From NCBI GenBank assembly GCA_002269645.1, contig NIVC01000566.1, positions 1-64,000 on the forward strand: 64,000 nt of DNA, read 5' to 3'. Source of the stretch: Macrostomum lignano. Its lineage: Eukaryota. A model generated the notes under the pieces. The model saw only the letters and a program-made list of their open reading frames with translations, was not told the DNA's origin and made no database searches. Made by a program: the position numbers and the translations under genes. Of this stretch, positions 1 through 11,200 are shown in pieces (positions within the stretch are counted from its first letter, which is position 1; the number at the start of each line of letters is the position of its first letter).

Positions 1-3000
1 ACCAGAAGCGACAGGCCCGACATTGAGCACGGAGTCGACACAGACAGTTGAGAGCTCGACCGTGAGTGGCGCGACGCCCAGCAGCGAGGCCGAGACTGCG
101 AGCACTGCGTCTGCGTCTACTGTTTCCACTGCGGAACCGGAAGCCACAAGCGCCGCCAGTGTCGAGACGCCGAGCGTGAGTGTACCAGAAGCGACAGGCC
201 CGACATTGAGCACGGAGTCGACACAGACAGTTGAGAGCTCGACCGTGAGTGGCGCGACGCCCAGCAGCGAGGCCGAGACTGCGAGCACTGCGTCTGCGTC
301 TACTGTTTCCACTGCGGAACCGGAAGCACAAGCGCCGCCAGTGTCGAGACGCCGAGCGTGAGTGTACCAGAAGCGACAGGCCCGACATTGAGCACGGAGT
401 CGACACAGACAGTTGAGAGTTCGACCGTGAGTGGCGCGACGCCCAGCAGCGAGGCCGAGACTGCGAGCACTGCGTCTGCTCTACTGTTTCCACTGCGGAA
501 CCGGAAGCCACAAGCGCCGCCAGTGTCGAGACGCCGAGCGTGAGTGTACCAGAAGCGACAGGCCCGACATTGAGCACGGAGTCGACACAGACAGTTGAGA
601 GCTCGACCGTGAGTGGCGCGACGCCCAGCAGCGAGGCCGAGACTGCGAGCACTGCGTCTGCGTCTACTGTTTCCACTGCGGAACCGGAAGCCACAAGCGC
701 CGCCAGTGTCGAGACGCCGAGCGTGAGTGTACCAGAAGCGACAGGCCCGACATTGAGCACGGAGTCGACACAGACAGTTGAGAGCTCGACCGTGAGTGGC
801 GCGACGCCCAGCAGCGAGGCCGAGACAGCGAGCACTGCGTCTGCGTCTACTGTTTCCACTGCGGAACCGGAAGCCACAAGCGCCGCCAGTGTCGAGACGC
901 CGAGCGTGAGTGTACCAGAAGCGACAGGCCCGACATTGAGCACGGAGTCGACACAGACAGTTGAGAGCTCGACCGTGAGTGGCGCGACGCCCAGCAGCGA
1001 GGCCGAGACTGCGAGCACTGCGTCTGCGTCTACTGTTTCCACTGCGGAACCGGAAGCCACAAGCGCCGCCAGTGTCGAGACGCCGAGCGTGAGTGTACCA
1101 GAAGCGACAGGCCCGACATTGAGCACGGAGTCGACACAGACAGTTGAGAGCTCGACCGTGAGTGGCGCGACGCCCAGCAGCGAGGCCGAGACTGCGAGCA
1201 CTGCGTCTGCGTCTACTGTTTCCACTGCGGAACCGGAAGCCACAAGCGCCGCCAGTGTCGAGACGCCGAGCGTGAGTGTACCAGAAGCGACAGGCCCGAC
1301 ATTGAGCACGGAGTCGACACAGACAGTTGAGAGCTCGACCGTGAGTGGCGCGACGCCCAGCAGCGAGGCCGAGACTGCGAGCACTGCGTCTGCGTCTACT
1401 GTTTCCACTGCGGAACCGGAAGCCACAAGCGCCGCCAGTGTCGAGACGCCGAGCGTGAGTGTACCAGAAGCGACAGGCCCGACATTGAGCACGGAGTCGA
1501 CACAGACAGTTGAGAGCTCGACCGTGAGTGGCGCGACGCCCAGCAGCGAGGCCGAGACTGCGAGCACTGCGTCTGCGTCTACTGTTTCCACTGCGGAACC
1601 GGAAGCCACAAGCGCCGCCAGTGTCGAGACGCCGAGCGTGAGTGATACTTCACAATCGGTAACTACGCCAGAAATAGAGACAGAAAGTTTTACAAGAATA
1701 GGCCAAACTGCACCCAGTAAAGTCGAAGACGAAAGTACCGTGGAAGAAGACCGAAGTACAGTTACTGAGGCCGAGACTGCGAGCACTGCGTCTGCGTCTA
1801 CTGTTTCCACTGCGGAACCGGAAGCCACAAGCGCCGCCAGTGTCGAGACGCCGAGCGTGAGTGTACCAGAAGCGACAGGCCCGACATTGAGCACGGAGTC
1901 GACACAGACAGTTGAGAGCTCGACCGTGAGTGGCGCGACGCCCAGCAGCGAGGCCGAGACTGCGAGCACTGCGTCTGCGTCTACTGTTTCCACTGCGGAA
2001 CCGGAAGCCACAAGCGCCGCCAGTGTCGAGACGCCGAGCGTGAGTGTACCAGAAGCGACAGGCCCGACATTGAGCACGGAGTCGACACAGACAGTTGAGA
2101 GCTCGACCGTGAGTGGCGCGACGCCCAGCAGCGAGGCCGAGACTGCGAGCACTGCGTCTGCGTCTACTGTTTCCACTGCGGAACCGGAAGCCACAAGCGC
2201 CGCCAGTGTCGAGACGCCGAGCGTGAGTGTACCAGAAGCGACAGGCCCGACATTGAGCACGGAGTCGACACAGACAGTTGAGAGCTCGACCGTGAGTGGC
2301 GCGACGCCCAGCAGCGAGGCCGAGACTGCGAGCACTGCGTCTGCGTCTACTGTTTCCACTGCGGAACCGGAAGCCACAAGCGCCGCCAGTGTCGAGACGC
2401 CGAGCGTGAGTGTACCAGAAGCGACAGGCCCGACATTGAGCACGGAGTCGACACAGACAGTTGAGAGCTCGACCGTGAGTGGCGCGACGCCCAGCAGCGA
2501 GCCGAGACTGCCACTGCGTCTGCGTCTACTGTTTCCACTGCGGAACCGGAAGCCACAAGCGCCGCCAGTGTCGAGACGCCGAGCGTGAGTGATACTTCAC
2601 AATCGGTAACTACGCCAGAAATAGAGACAGAAAGTTTTACAAGAATAGGCCAAACTGCACCCAGTAAAGTCGAAGACGAAAGTACCGTGGAAGAAGACCG
2701 AAGTACAGTTACTGAGGCCGAGACTGCGAGCACTGCGTCTGCGTCTACTGTTTCCACTGCGGAACCGGAAGCCACAAGCGCCGCCAGTGTCGAGACGCCG
2801 AGCGTGAGTGTACCAGAAGCGACAGGCCCGACATTGAGCACGGAGTCGACACAGACAGTTGAGAGCTCGACCGTGAGTGGCGCGACGCCCAGCAGCGAGG
2901 CCGAGACTGCGAGCACTGCGTCTGCGTCTACTGTTTCCACTGCGGAACCGGAAGCCACAAGCGCCGCCAGTGTCGAGACGCCGAGCGTGAGTGTACCAGA

Positions 3001-5160
3001 AGCGACAGGCCCGACATTGAGCACGGAGTCGACACAGACAGTTGAGAGCTCGACCGTGAGTGGCGCGACGCCCAGCAGCGAGGCCGAGACTGCGAGCACT
3101 GCGTCTGCGTCTACTGTTTCCACTGCGGAACCGGAAGCCACAAGCGCCGCCAGTGTCGAGACGCCGAGCGTGAGTGTACCAGAAGCGACAGGCCCGACAT
3201 TGAGCACGGAGTCGACACAGACAGTTGAGAGCTCGACCGTGAGTGGCGCGACGCCCAGCAGCGAGGCCGAGACTGCGAGCACTGCGTCTGCGTCTACTGT
3301 TTCCACTGCGGAACCGGAAGCCACAAGCGCCGCCAGTGTCGAGACGCCGAGCGTGAGTGTACCAGAAGCGACAGGCCCGACATTGAGCACGGAGTCGACA
3401 CAGACAGTTGAGAGCTCGACAGTGAGTGGCGCGACGCCCAGCAGCGAGGCCGAGACTGCGAGCACTGCGTCTGCGTCTACTGTTTCCACTGCGGAACCGG
3501 AAGCCACAAGCGCCGCCAGTGTCGAGACGCCGAGCGTGAGTGTACCAGAAGCGACAGGCCCGACATTGAGCACGGAGTCGACACAGACAGTTGAGAGCTC
3601 GACCGTGAGTGGCGCGACGCCCAGCAGCGAGGCCGAGACTGCGAGCACTGCGTCTGCGTCTACTGTTTCCACTGCGGAACCGGAAGCCACAAGCGCCGCC
3701 AGTGTCGAGACGCCGAGCGTGAGTGTACCAGAAGCGACAGGCCCGACATTGAGCACGGAGTCGACACAGACAGTTGAGAGCTCGACCGTGAGTGGCGCGA
3801 CGCCCAGCAGCGAGGCCGAGACTGCGAGCACTGCGTCTGCGTCTACTGTTTCCACTGCGGAACCGGAAGCCACAAGCGCCGCCAGTGTCGAGACGCCGAG
3901 CGTGAGTGTACCAGAAGCGACAGGCCCGACATTGAGCACGGAGTCGACACAGACAGTTGAGAGCTCGACCGTGAGTGGCGCGACGCCCAGCAGCGAGGCC
4001 GAGACTGCGAGCACTGCGTCTGCGTCTACTGTTTCCACTGCGGAACCGGAAGCCACAAGCGCCGCCAGTGTCGAGACGCCGAGCGTGAGTGTACCAGAAG
4101 CGACAGGCCCGACATTGAGCACGGAGTCGACACAGACAGTTGAGAGCTCGACAGTGAGTGGCGCGACGCCCAGCAGCGAGGCCGAGACTGCGAGCACTGC
4201 GTCTGCGTCTACTGTTTCCACTGCGGAACCGGAAGCCACAAGCGCCGCCAGTGTCGAGACGCCGAGCGTGAGTGTACCAGAAGCGACAGGCCCGACATTG
4301 AGCACGGAGTCGACACAGACAGTTGAGAGCTCGACCGTGAGTGGCGCGACGCCCAGCAGCGAGGCCGAGACTGCGAGCACTGCGTCTGCGTCTACTGTTT
4401 CCACTGCGGAACCGGAAGCCACAAGCGCCGCCAGTGTCGAGACGCCGAGCGTGAGTGTACCAGAAGCGACAGGCCCGACATTGAGCACGGAGTCGACACA
4501 GACAGTTGAGAGCTCGACCGTGAGTGGCGCGACGCCCAGCAGCGAGGCCGAGACTGCGAGCACTGCGTCTGCGTCTACTGTTTCCACTGCGGAACCGGAA
4601 GCCACAAGCGCCGCCAGTGTCGAGACGCCGAGCGTGAGTGTACCAGAAGCGACAGGCCCGACATTGAGCACGGAGTCGACACAGACAGTTGAGAGCTCGA
4701 CCGTGAGTGGCGCGACGCCCAGCAGCGAGGCCGAGACTGCGAGCACTGCGTCTGCGTCTACTGTTTCCACTGCGGAACCGGAAGCCACAAGCGCCGCCAG
4801 TGTCGAGACGCCGAGCGTGAGTGTACCAGAAGCGACAGGCCCGACATTGAGCACGGAGTCGACACAGACAGTTGAGAGCTCGACCGTGAGTGGCGCGACG
4901 CCCAGCAGCGAGGCCGAGACTGCGAGCACTGCGTCTGCGTCTACTGTTTCCACTGCGGAACCGGAAGCCACAAGCGCCGCCAGTGTCGAGACGCCGAGCG
5001 TGAGTGTACCAGAAGCGACAGGCCCGACATTGAGCACGGAGTCGACACAGACAGTTGAGAGCTCGACCGTGAGTGGCGCGACGCCCAGCAGCGAGGCCGA
5101 GACTGCGAGCACTGCGTCTGCGTCTACTGTTTCCACTGCGGAACCGGAAGCGACAAGCGC
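1..5160 (+). repeat. 183-bp coding tandem repeat, ~28 near-identical units, two variant units (~1643-1766, ~2590-2713)
   Basis: Unit SVPEATGPTLSTESTQTVESSTVSGATPSSEAETASTASASTVSTAEPEATSAASVETPSV; 183-bp periodicity read directly from the sequence. Confidence 0.97.
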
Positions 5161-5279
5161 CGCTCCTTCGACTGTATCATCAGCAACTTCAACACCGGCG
5201 TCTTTTTCTCGAATTTCAAACATTGATATTGTTGGCTTTACTGAAAAATCGGATTTAGTAACAAAGTCTTCTGTTTCGG
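1..5279 (+). CDS. Giant mucin-like Ser/Thr/Ala/Glu-rich repeat exon of the papilin-like gene (frameshifted in this sequence)
   Basis: ORFs 23-361, 358-543, 540-2588 and 2585-5299 encode the same 61-aa unit in successive frames. Donor TCG G|gtatat at 5279 is in phase with the 5586 exon (donor is weak). Confidence 0.75.
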
Positions 5280-8200
5280 GTATATTGTTTAATTTTTAGT
5301 GCTATAATTTTTGTTTTATTTTTATTCAAGAAGTTTTTTAAGTACTTTGATAACAATTTCAGTGTTGCGGCCCACTCCCACTAGAGATTCTCTTTTCATG
5401 CCGGAAGTCGATTTCGGGGCAAGTAGTTTTTTTCCAGCTTTGACTGTTTTTTGAATAGTCGTAGATTTGACTCTTGTCTTATTGCCTTTTTGTTGCAGAA
5501 CGTTCGTGAAATCGCAAGTGAGTCGGTAACATCTGCTGTTTCTATTTTTCTCTTTTTAGAAATATCTTTGTCCGATTTTTTTCAGTTACGGGAGAGCCAG
5601 ACCAGGTTGATTATCCCTACCTGACTATTAACGATTCTGACAGATTTTCCAGATTGACCTACACTCCATGGTCGGAGGTATGTGCTGCTAGGTGATATTA
5701 TTTTCATGAAGTCAAAACCACTGAGATCAACTTGTTTCAATACTTCTGCCTTTCACTTTTCCTAAAGTGCATGTGCGACCACAGCTCCAACGAGAGCTAT
5801 CAGACCAGGGAAATCATCTGCGTGAGCGTCTTCAACGAGTTGCTGCCCACCAGGACCTGCATGGATCAGCTCACCGAGGATTTTGCTTCGGATATGCTGC
5901 AGAGCTGCAGCTACAGGGACAACTGCGACCCGCTTGGACAGTCCACTCTGCACTGGGTGCCTGGAAACTGCAGTAGAGCTCTGGGTCTGCGGATCATGAC
6001 GCCGTCTTGTCGAATTGGCGATCGCCAGGTGCCACTGAGCTTCTGCCGCAGCCAGGATGAGGGCCCCGCCTGGAAGAGCGTTCAGTGCGACCGGTCTAAT
6101 CGGGTTAGACGATCTCAGGCGGCGCCCCGGGTACTTGGTAAGTGAATTTTTGTGCATCTTGTTTCAGTTGCTATTGCTTTTTCTCTTGTGCGTTTAAGGT
6201 TTGAAGCTCCGGCAGATGCAGGGTTTGAAGCTTTAGCACAGTCACTTTGAAATTCAGTAGCTACTGAAGCCTTGTCCACACCACAGGCTACGAGCCCTGT
6301 CTTCAGGAGACTGGAGGGTTCAGCGGTGTGCAATCGATGCTGTCCAACACGGCGAAGACCGCCCGGCATGCCTTTGGCTACTTGCCAAACGACGGTAGTT
6401 GCGCCCCCTACGAATACTCGGTTATTGGTAACGGCTCAGCAAATCGCTTTGACACGCAAGAGATGTGCGAGAAGAACTGCTTGGACCGATTCAAAAGTAA
6501 GATTGACTTCAGGGGTCTTGAAAACACTGTTAAATTATAATTTGACTGTTAGTGTAATTTCTCGTCAACCTACGAGCATGACATGTGCATTGCTTGCGAA
6601 GACTGCAGGTTCGTGCTAAGTCAACTAGTGAACCATTCGAACCAGAGAAAGTTTGCTAAGTCCCTCTCTTCTATCTCTCAGAGGATTTGAACTCGCGCTG
6701 CACAATGACCAGCGCAGCTCAGGCCTGCTTGGACTTCTCAGCAGAGACGACAGACCGGGGCAGCGTCCAGCACTACCGCTACTCGGCCAAGATAGGCGCC
6801 TGTCTGCCCGTTGCTCTCAAGGAAAGCCCGGAGTGTCGAAGCCTCGTTGGAAAAGTCAGCTTCTTTGTGGATAGAGTCACCTGCAGCGAGACTTGCGTCA
6901 GTCAGGCCACGGACAGCATTGTGCAGGGTGAGTGCGTGGCTGGTGGCCTGGGACAGCATTGTGGCATTTTTTATGTTTGTTCCTAGCAAGCTGTTGTACA
7001 TGTTAACTGCTGCATGTTTAACATAAATAACTAAAGTTATCAACTGAAGCTACTCGTAAATCGAACAAATCTGTCCGTCTCAGACCGCTGTTACGCATCC
7101 TTCGACGTGGACTCGGACGCGAGGCACTGCGAGTTCCCGAGGGACATGTACTTTTACAGTGAACAGCACAGGGCGTGTATTCGCCTTACAGTCTGCCCGA
7201 ACGACTCGCTGGCTGGCAACAGCTTCGGCAGCCTGGATGAGTGCAGACAGCACTGCATGCCCGAGTCGCTGGCCGGTGAGGGTTTTGGGGTGCCAGCTTG
7301 GAGTCTCCTAAATCAGGGCGACAAAAATTTTAGGACTTTATTGCACCTTAGTTACACAGAGAATGTATTTTCTGGATAGATGTCGTTACATTTAGACCGA
7401 GGGATTTTAGCTGAGAAGTTGCTTTGGCCTTCATTCATGCCGAGGTTCGGACGATCGTCTTGCGACCTGGCCTTTATTGTTGCGTTCATTGCTGTTTGCA
7501 TTCCTAGCTCGGATTGCTGAGGTCGTGCAGTTCATTCATGTTGGTTCTGGGACAGAATTGTTTTGAGGTGATTTTTACCCGAATCGGTGACGGTGGGTCG
7601 ACATGAGGCGCTGATAGTATAGACATTTAAAAGGGTTTATTTGTTTAAATAAAGAACAAGGCAGTTGCTATGCGTCAGTATATTCTTAGTAGACAGTTTT
7701 CATTCGATATTCAACCGGCAGACGTGTGCAGCCTGCCCATGGATGAAGGCTCCTGCCAGGAGAGTCACGTCCGTTTCTTCTACGATGCAAATGAGCGCAC
7801 CTGTCGCGAATTCGTCTACAGCGGTTGCCAGGGCAACCGGAACCGCTTCCTCGGATTGATGGACTGCGAGCGAACCTGCGGCAGCACCGCGGGATCTGGC
7901 GCTCAACAAGCCGCGGCGCGCAGCGGCGGCCCACTGGAGTCCAGCAGCCGCCGCCATTCTAGCCGGTGGGTCGGCGGCCCGGCGCCGCTGCTGCTGCCAG
8001 AGTCCAACTTCAGCAGCGTCTGCCAGCTGCCACCATCCGCTGGCTCCTGCCCGATGTCTGACCTTGTGAGGCTGACCCGCTACTTCTTCGATGAAAGGAC
8101 CGGCCAATGTCGGACATTTAAATTCACCGGCTGCGGAGGCAACGCAAACAACTTCGAGACTGAAGAGGACTGTCACTATGCGTGCCTGAATTTCAGTGAG

Positions 8201-11200
8201 CTGATGGAGTTGGTGATGCTGTTGGACATTTTTGGAGCAGTAGTAGTAATACTATTACAGTAGTTAGTGCATTGGAGTTTACATGCTCAGTGTGAAATTT
8301 TCAGCCAAGAAGAGACTGAATTGCAAAGAGCAGTAGCTGTAGCAGTAGCTGTAGCTGTAGCTGTAGCTGTAGCTGTAGCTGTAGCTGTAGCTGTAGCTGT
8401 AGCTGTAGCTGTAGCTGTAGCTGTAGCGGTAGCTGTAGTAATAGCTGTAGCAGTAGCTGTAGCAGTAGCTGTAGCTGTAGCTGTAGCTGTAGCTGTAGCT
8501 GTAGCGGTAGCTGTAGTAATAGCTGTAGCAGTAGCTGTAGCTGTAGCTGTAGCTGTAGCTGTAGCAGTAGCTGTAGCTGTAGCGGTAGCAGTAGCTGTAG
8601 CAGTAGCTATAGCTGTAGCTGTAGCTGTAGCAGTAGCTGTAGTAATAGCTGTAGCAGTAGCTGTAGCTGTAGCTGTAGCAGTAGCTGTAGCTGTAGCTGT
8701 AGCTGTAGCTGTAGCAGTAGCTGTAGCAGTAGCAGTAGCTGTAGCTGTAGCAGTAGCTGTAGCAATAGCAGTAGCTATAAGAATGCTTACTATTTTTTTG
8801 CAGGAGCATCTCAGCCGTCTTGCCAACGGCCGCCAGGCTGCATCGACAACGATAATCCAAACGTCCAGATGGTCACCCGCTGGCAGCTTGGCGATCCAAC
8901 TTCAGACTGCGAAGAGGTGTCCGTCGCGGCTGTCTGCGCCGCTCGACATTCTCAGCAGCTATTCGCTAACCGTAGGGACTGCCACCAGCGCCGGGCCCTG
9001 TGCTCTGGCCGATCGGCCTCGGTGGACATGCTGCAGGACCGCTGCCAGCTGCCGCCAACGCTGCCCTCCCAGAAGTCGTCGCACGCATCCTCAGCCTACG
9101 TCAGCTATTTTTTCGACGCAAGCGACGTCACCTGCCGCGATTCGGTGGTGCGCGGCGTAGGCCGCAAAGGCATGAACTTCTTCGTGACCTGGTCGGACTG
9201 CAAGAGGCACTGCTACCCAGAGCTTCGGCAGCGCGTCTGCTACCTGGCGCCCGACCCGGGGCCGTGCGGCGAGTCGCTTCTGCGGTTCAGCTACGATCCA
9301 GACACAGGCAGCTGCCAGGAGATGCGCTACAGCGGCTGCCTGGGCAATCGAAACCGCTTTCTGAGCCTGGCCGAGTGCCGCAATGTGTGCGAGACACCGC
9401 TGTTAAATGACCCGTGCCTCCACCCTGTCTCGGAAGGTCGCCTGTGCGGCGGTCCCAATCCACTGCTGGCCCAGTCGTGGCGGTACTACTACAACTACGA
9501 CACCAAGCAGTGCAGCCGCTTCCTGTACAACGGCTGTGGTGGAAACCCCAACAGGTTCGGCAGCTACCGGGAGTGCCAGGCCAGGTGCGCACCCGAGGCC
9601 GACACGCAAGCGATTCAAACTGCAGGCGCAGCGGCTTCGGCTCAGAGGGCTAAACGATCTATCATTCAAAATCAAGCGGCACTGCCGAAAACTTGGAATC
9701 CGGAAATTTGTCATTCCGATATTGGCGATGAGGCTCCAGCACCCGGCCGAAGTACTCGTAGTGTCTGTCCCACAGAGCTCCAGCGCGACGTGTACAGCTT
9801 CAGCGCCGCCAGCCGGATGTGCAAACGCGTGCTGGGTAGAAAATTCTGCTCGGCCGGCAACTCCACGCTCCGGGGCAATGCTTTCTTGAGTCTCAGCGAC
9901 TGTGAGAATCTCTGCCCTGTAGAGAGCAAACGTGAGCATAGCCTTGATATTTTTCTCAGGAAGTAAATTGGCCCGTAAGTTTTAGCCATATCGAGAATCG
10001 CATATTTTTCAGAATGCAACCCGAGGCTGGACGAGTGCCCGGCAGACTGTCCCTACGGCAGACACCGGCGATTCACCCTGCCCGAGTCCGGCTGCCGCGT
10101 CTGCCGCTGCCACGATCCGTGCGCCGCTGCGGGTCGCTGTGGGCCGTTGGAGCGGTGCAGGGTGCACTGCAGTGGCTTGCAGTGCGCTGAGATGAATGTC
10201 ACCTGCGAGACCTGTAAATAATTCCTACTTTTATAGCTCAGGATGGTCCTTAGTGAGGTCGCTAGCCAGTGGAATATTAATGTCAGGGACGGATTAGCAT
10301 GTCTAGCATGCTAGCGGTAATCCTATAGTGTTTAAAACGCAATATCCTCTACTTGCAGCTCGCACTGCATCCCCTCGCGTTGACTCGAAGGACGAAGGAT
10401 CGTCCGAGTTCGTGACAGCAATCGAAGGACAGCCGGTTCGATTGGCCTGCCGCCGCGCAGTTCGTCTCGGGACAGAGCCGCAGTCTGAGACTTCGGTGGC
10501 AGCCGTCGTATGGAAAAAAGACGGGTGCGTTTTTGGAAAGCGCGTACAGATGAGTTGTGTTCGAAAATTTCACCAGCTGTAAGCGTAAAATAGGAGCGCA
10601 TGATATCTCCATTGCAATCGTTGGAAAAAGTCGCCAAGAAGGCTTAGCGGAACGGCCGGAGGCAGAGAGAAGAAGAAGCAACAATTGCAGAGCACGAAGA
10701 AATATCCTACCGCCCTGTATAAGCAACATACCAAACGCGAGTATTAGAGCGTGTTCCTTCTATTTCGTGCACAGCACGCTTTTAAAACCGTAAACCTTAA
10801 ATGTGAAGCGCGGTTCAAAACTTTCTACAAAACACCATCCTGTATTTGCTGATTATCGCAGGATTTCAATCGGACTCGACGATCGAGTCAGTCTTGACGA
10901 CGACAATCAGCCGTCTGACCCGCCTGGTAGCGCCCTGTGGTTCGCTCACGCCGAGCTCTCTGATTCTGGCGCCTATCGTTGTCATGGTAACGGTGACCTC
11001 GTATTCAACACCGTCCGACTAAGCGTGCTGTCTCCGGCCAGAATCAATGGAGTGACGACTTCCGGCCTGCCGTTGACGAGTCGGAACCAGACTGCACTGC
11101 TGGTGTGCGAGGTCCGGGGCCAGCCGCCGCCCACGGTGCGGTGGTTCCGATACGACCAGCTCCAGCTGGGGCCCCTGGCTGAGGTACTACTTTAGAAGAG

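Noticed and set aside
2347-5223. 958-aa minus-strand ORF
   Set aside because: Antisense shadow of the 183-bp coding repeat; the plus frame splices in phase into TSP1/Kunitz exons.
5499-5517. Possible 19-nt microexon (ttgcag|AACGTT...GCAA|gtgagt)
   Set aside because: Good splice signals, but not in phase with the 5279 donor; the direct 5279-5586 splice already works. Left out pending RNA data.
8267-9160. Poly-VA, poly-YS and poly-AT ORFs
   Set aside because: Translations of the intronic (GTAGCT)n microsatellite.
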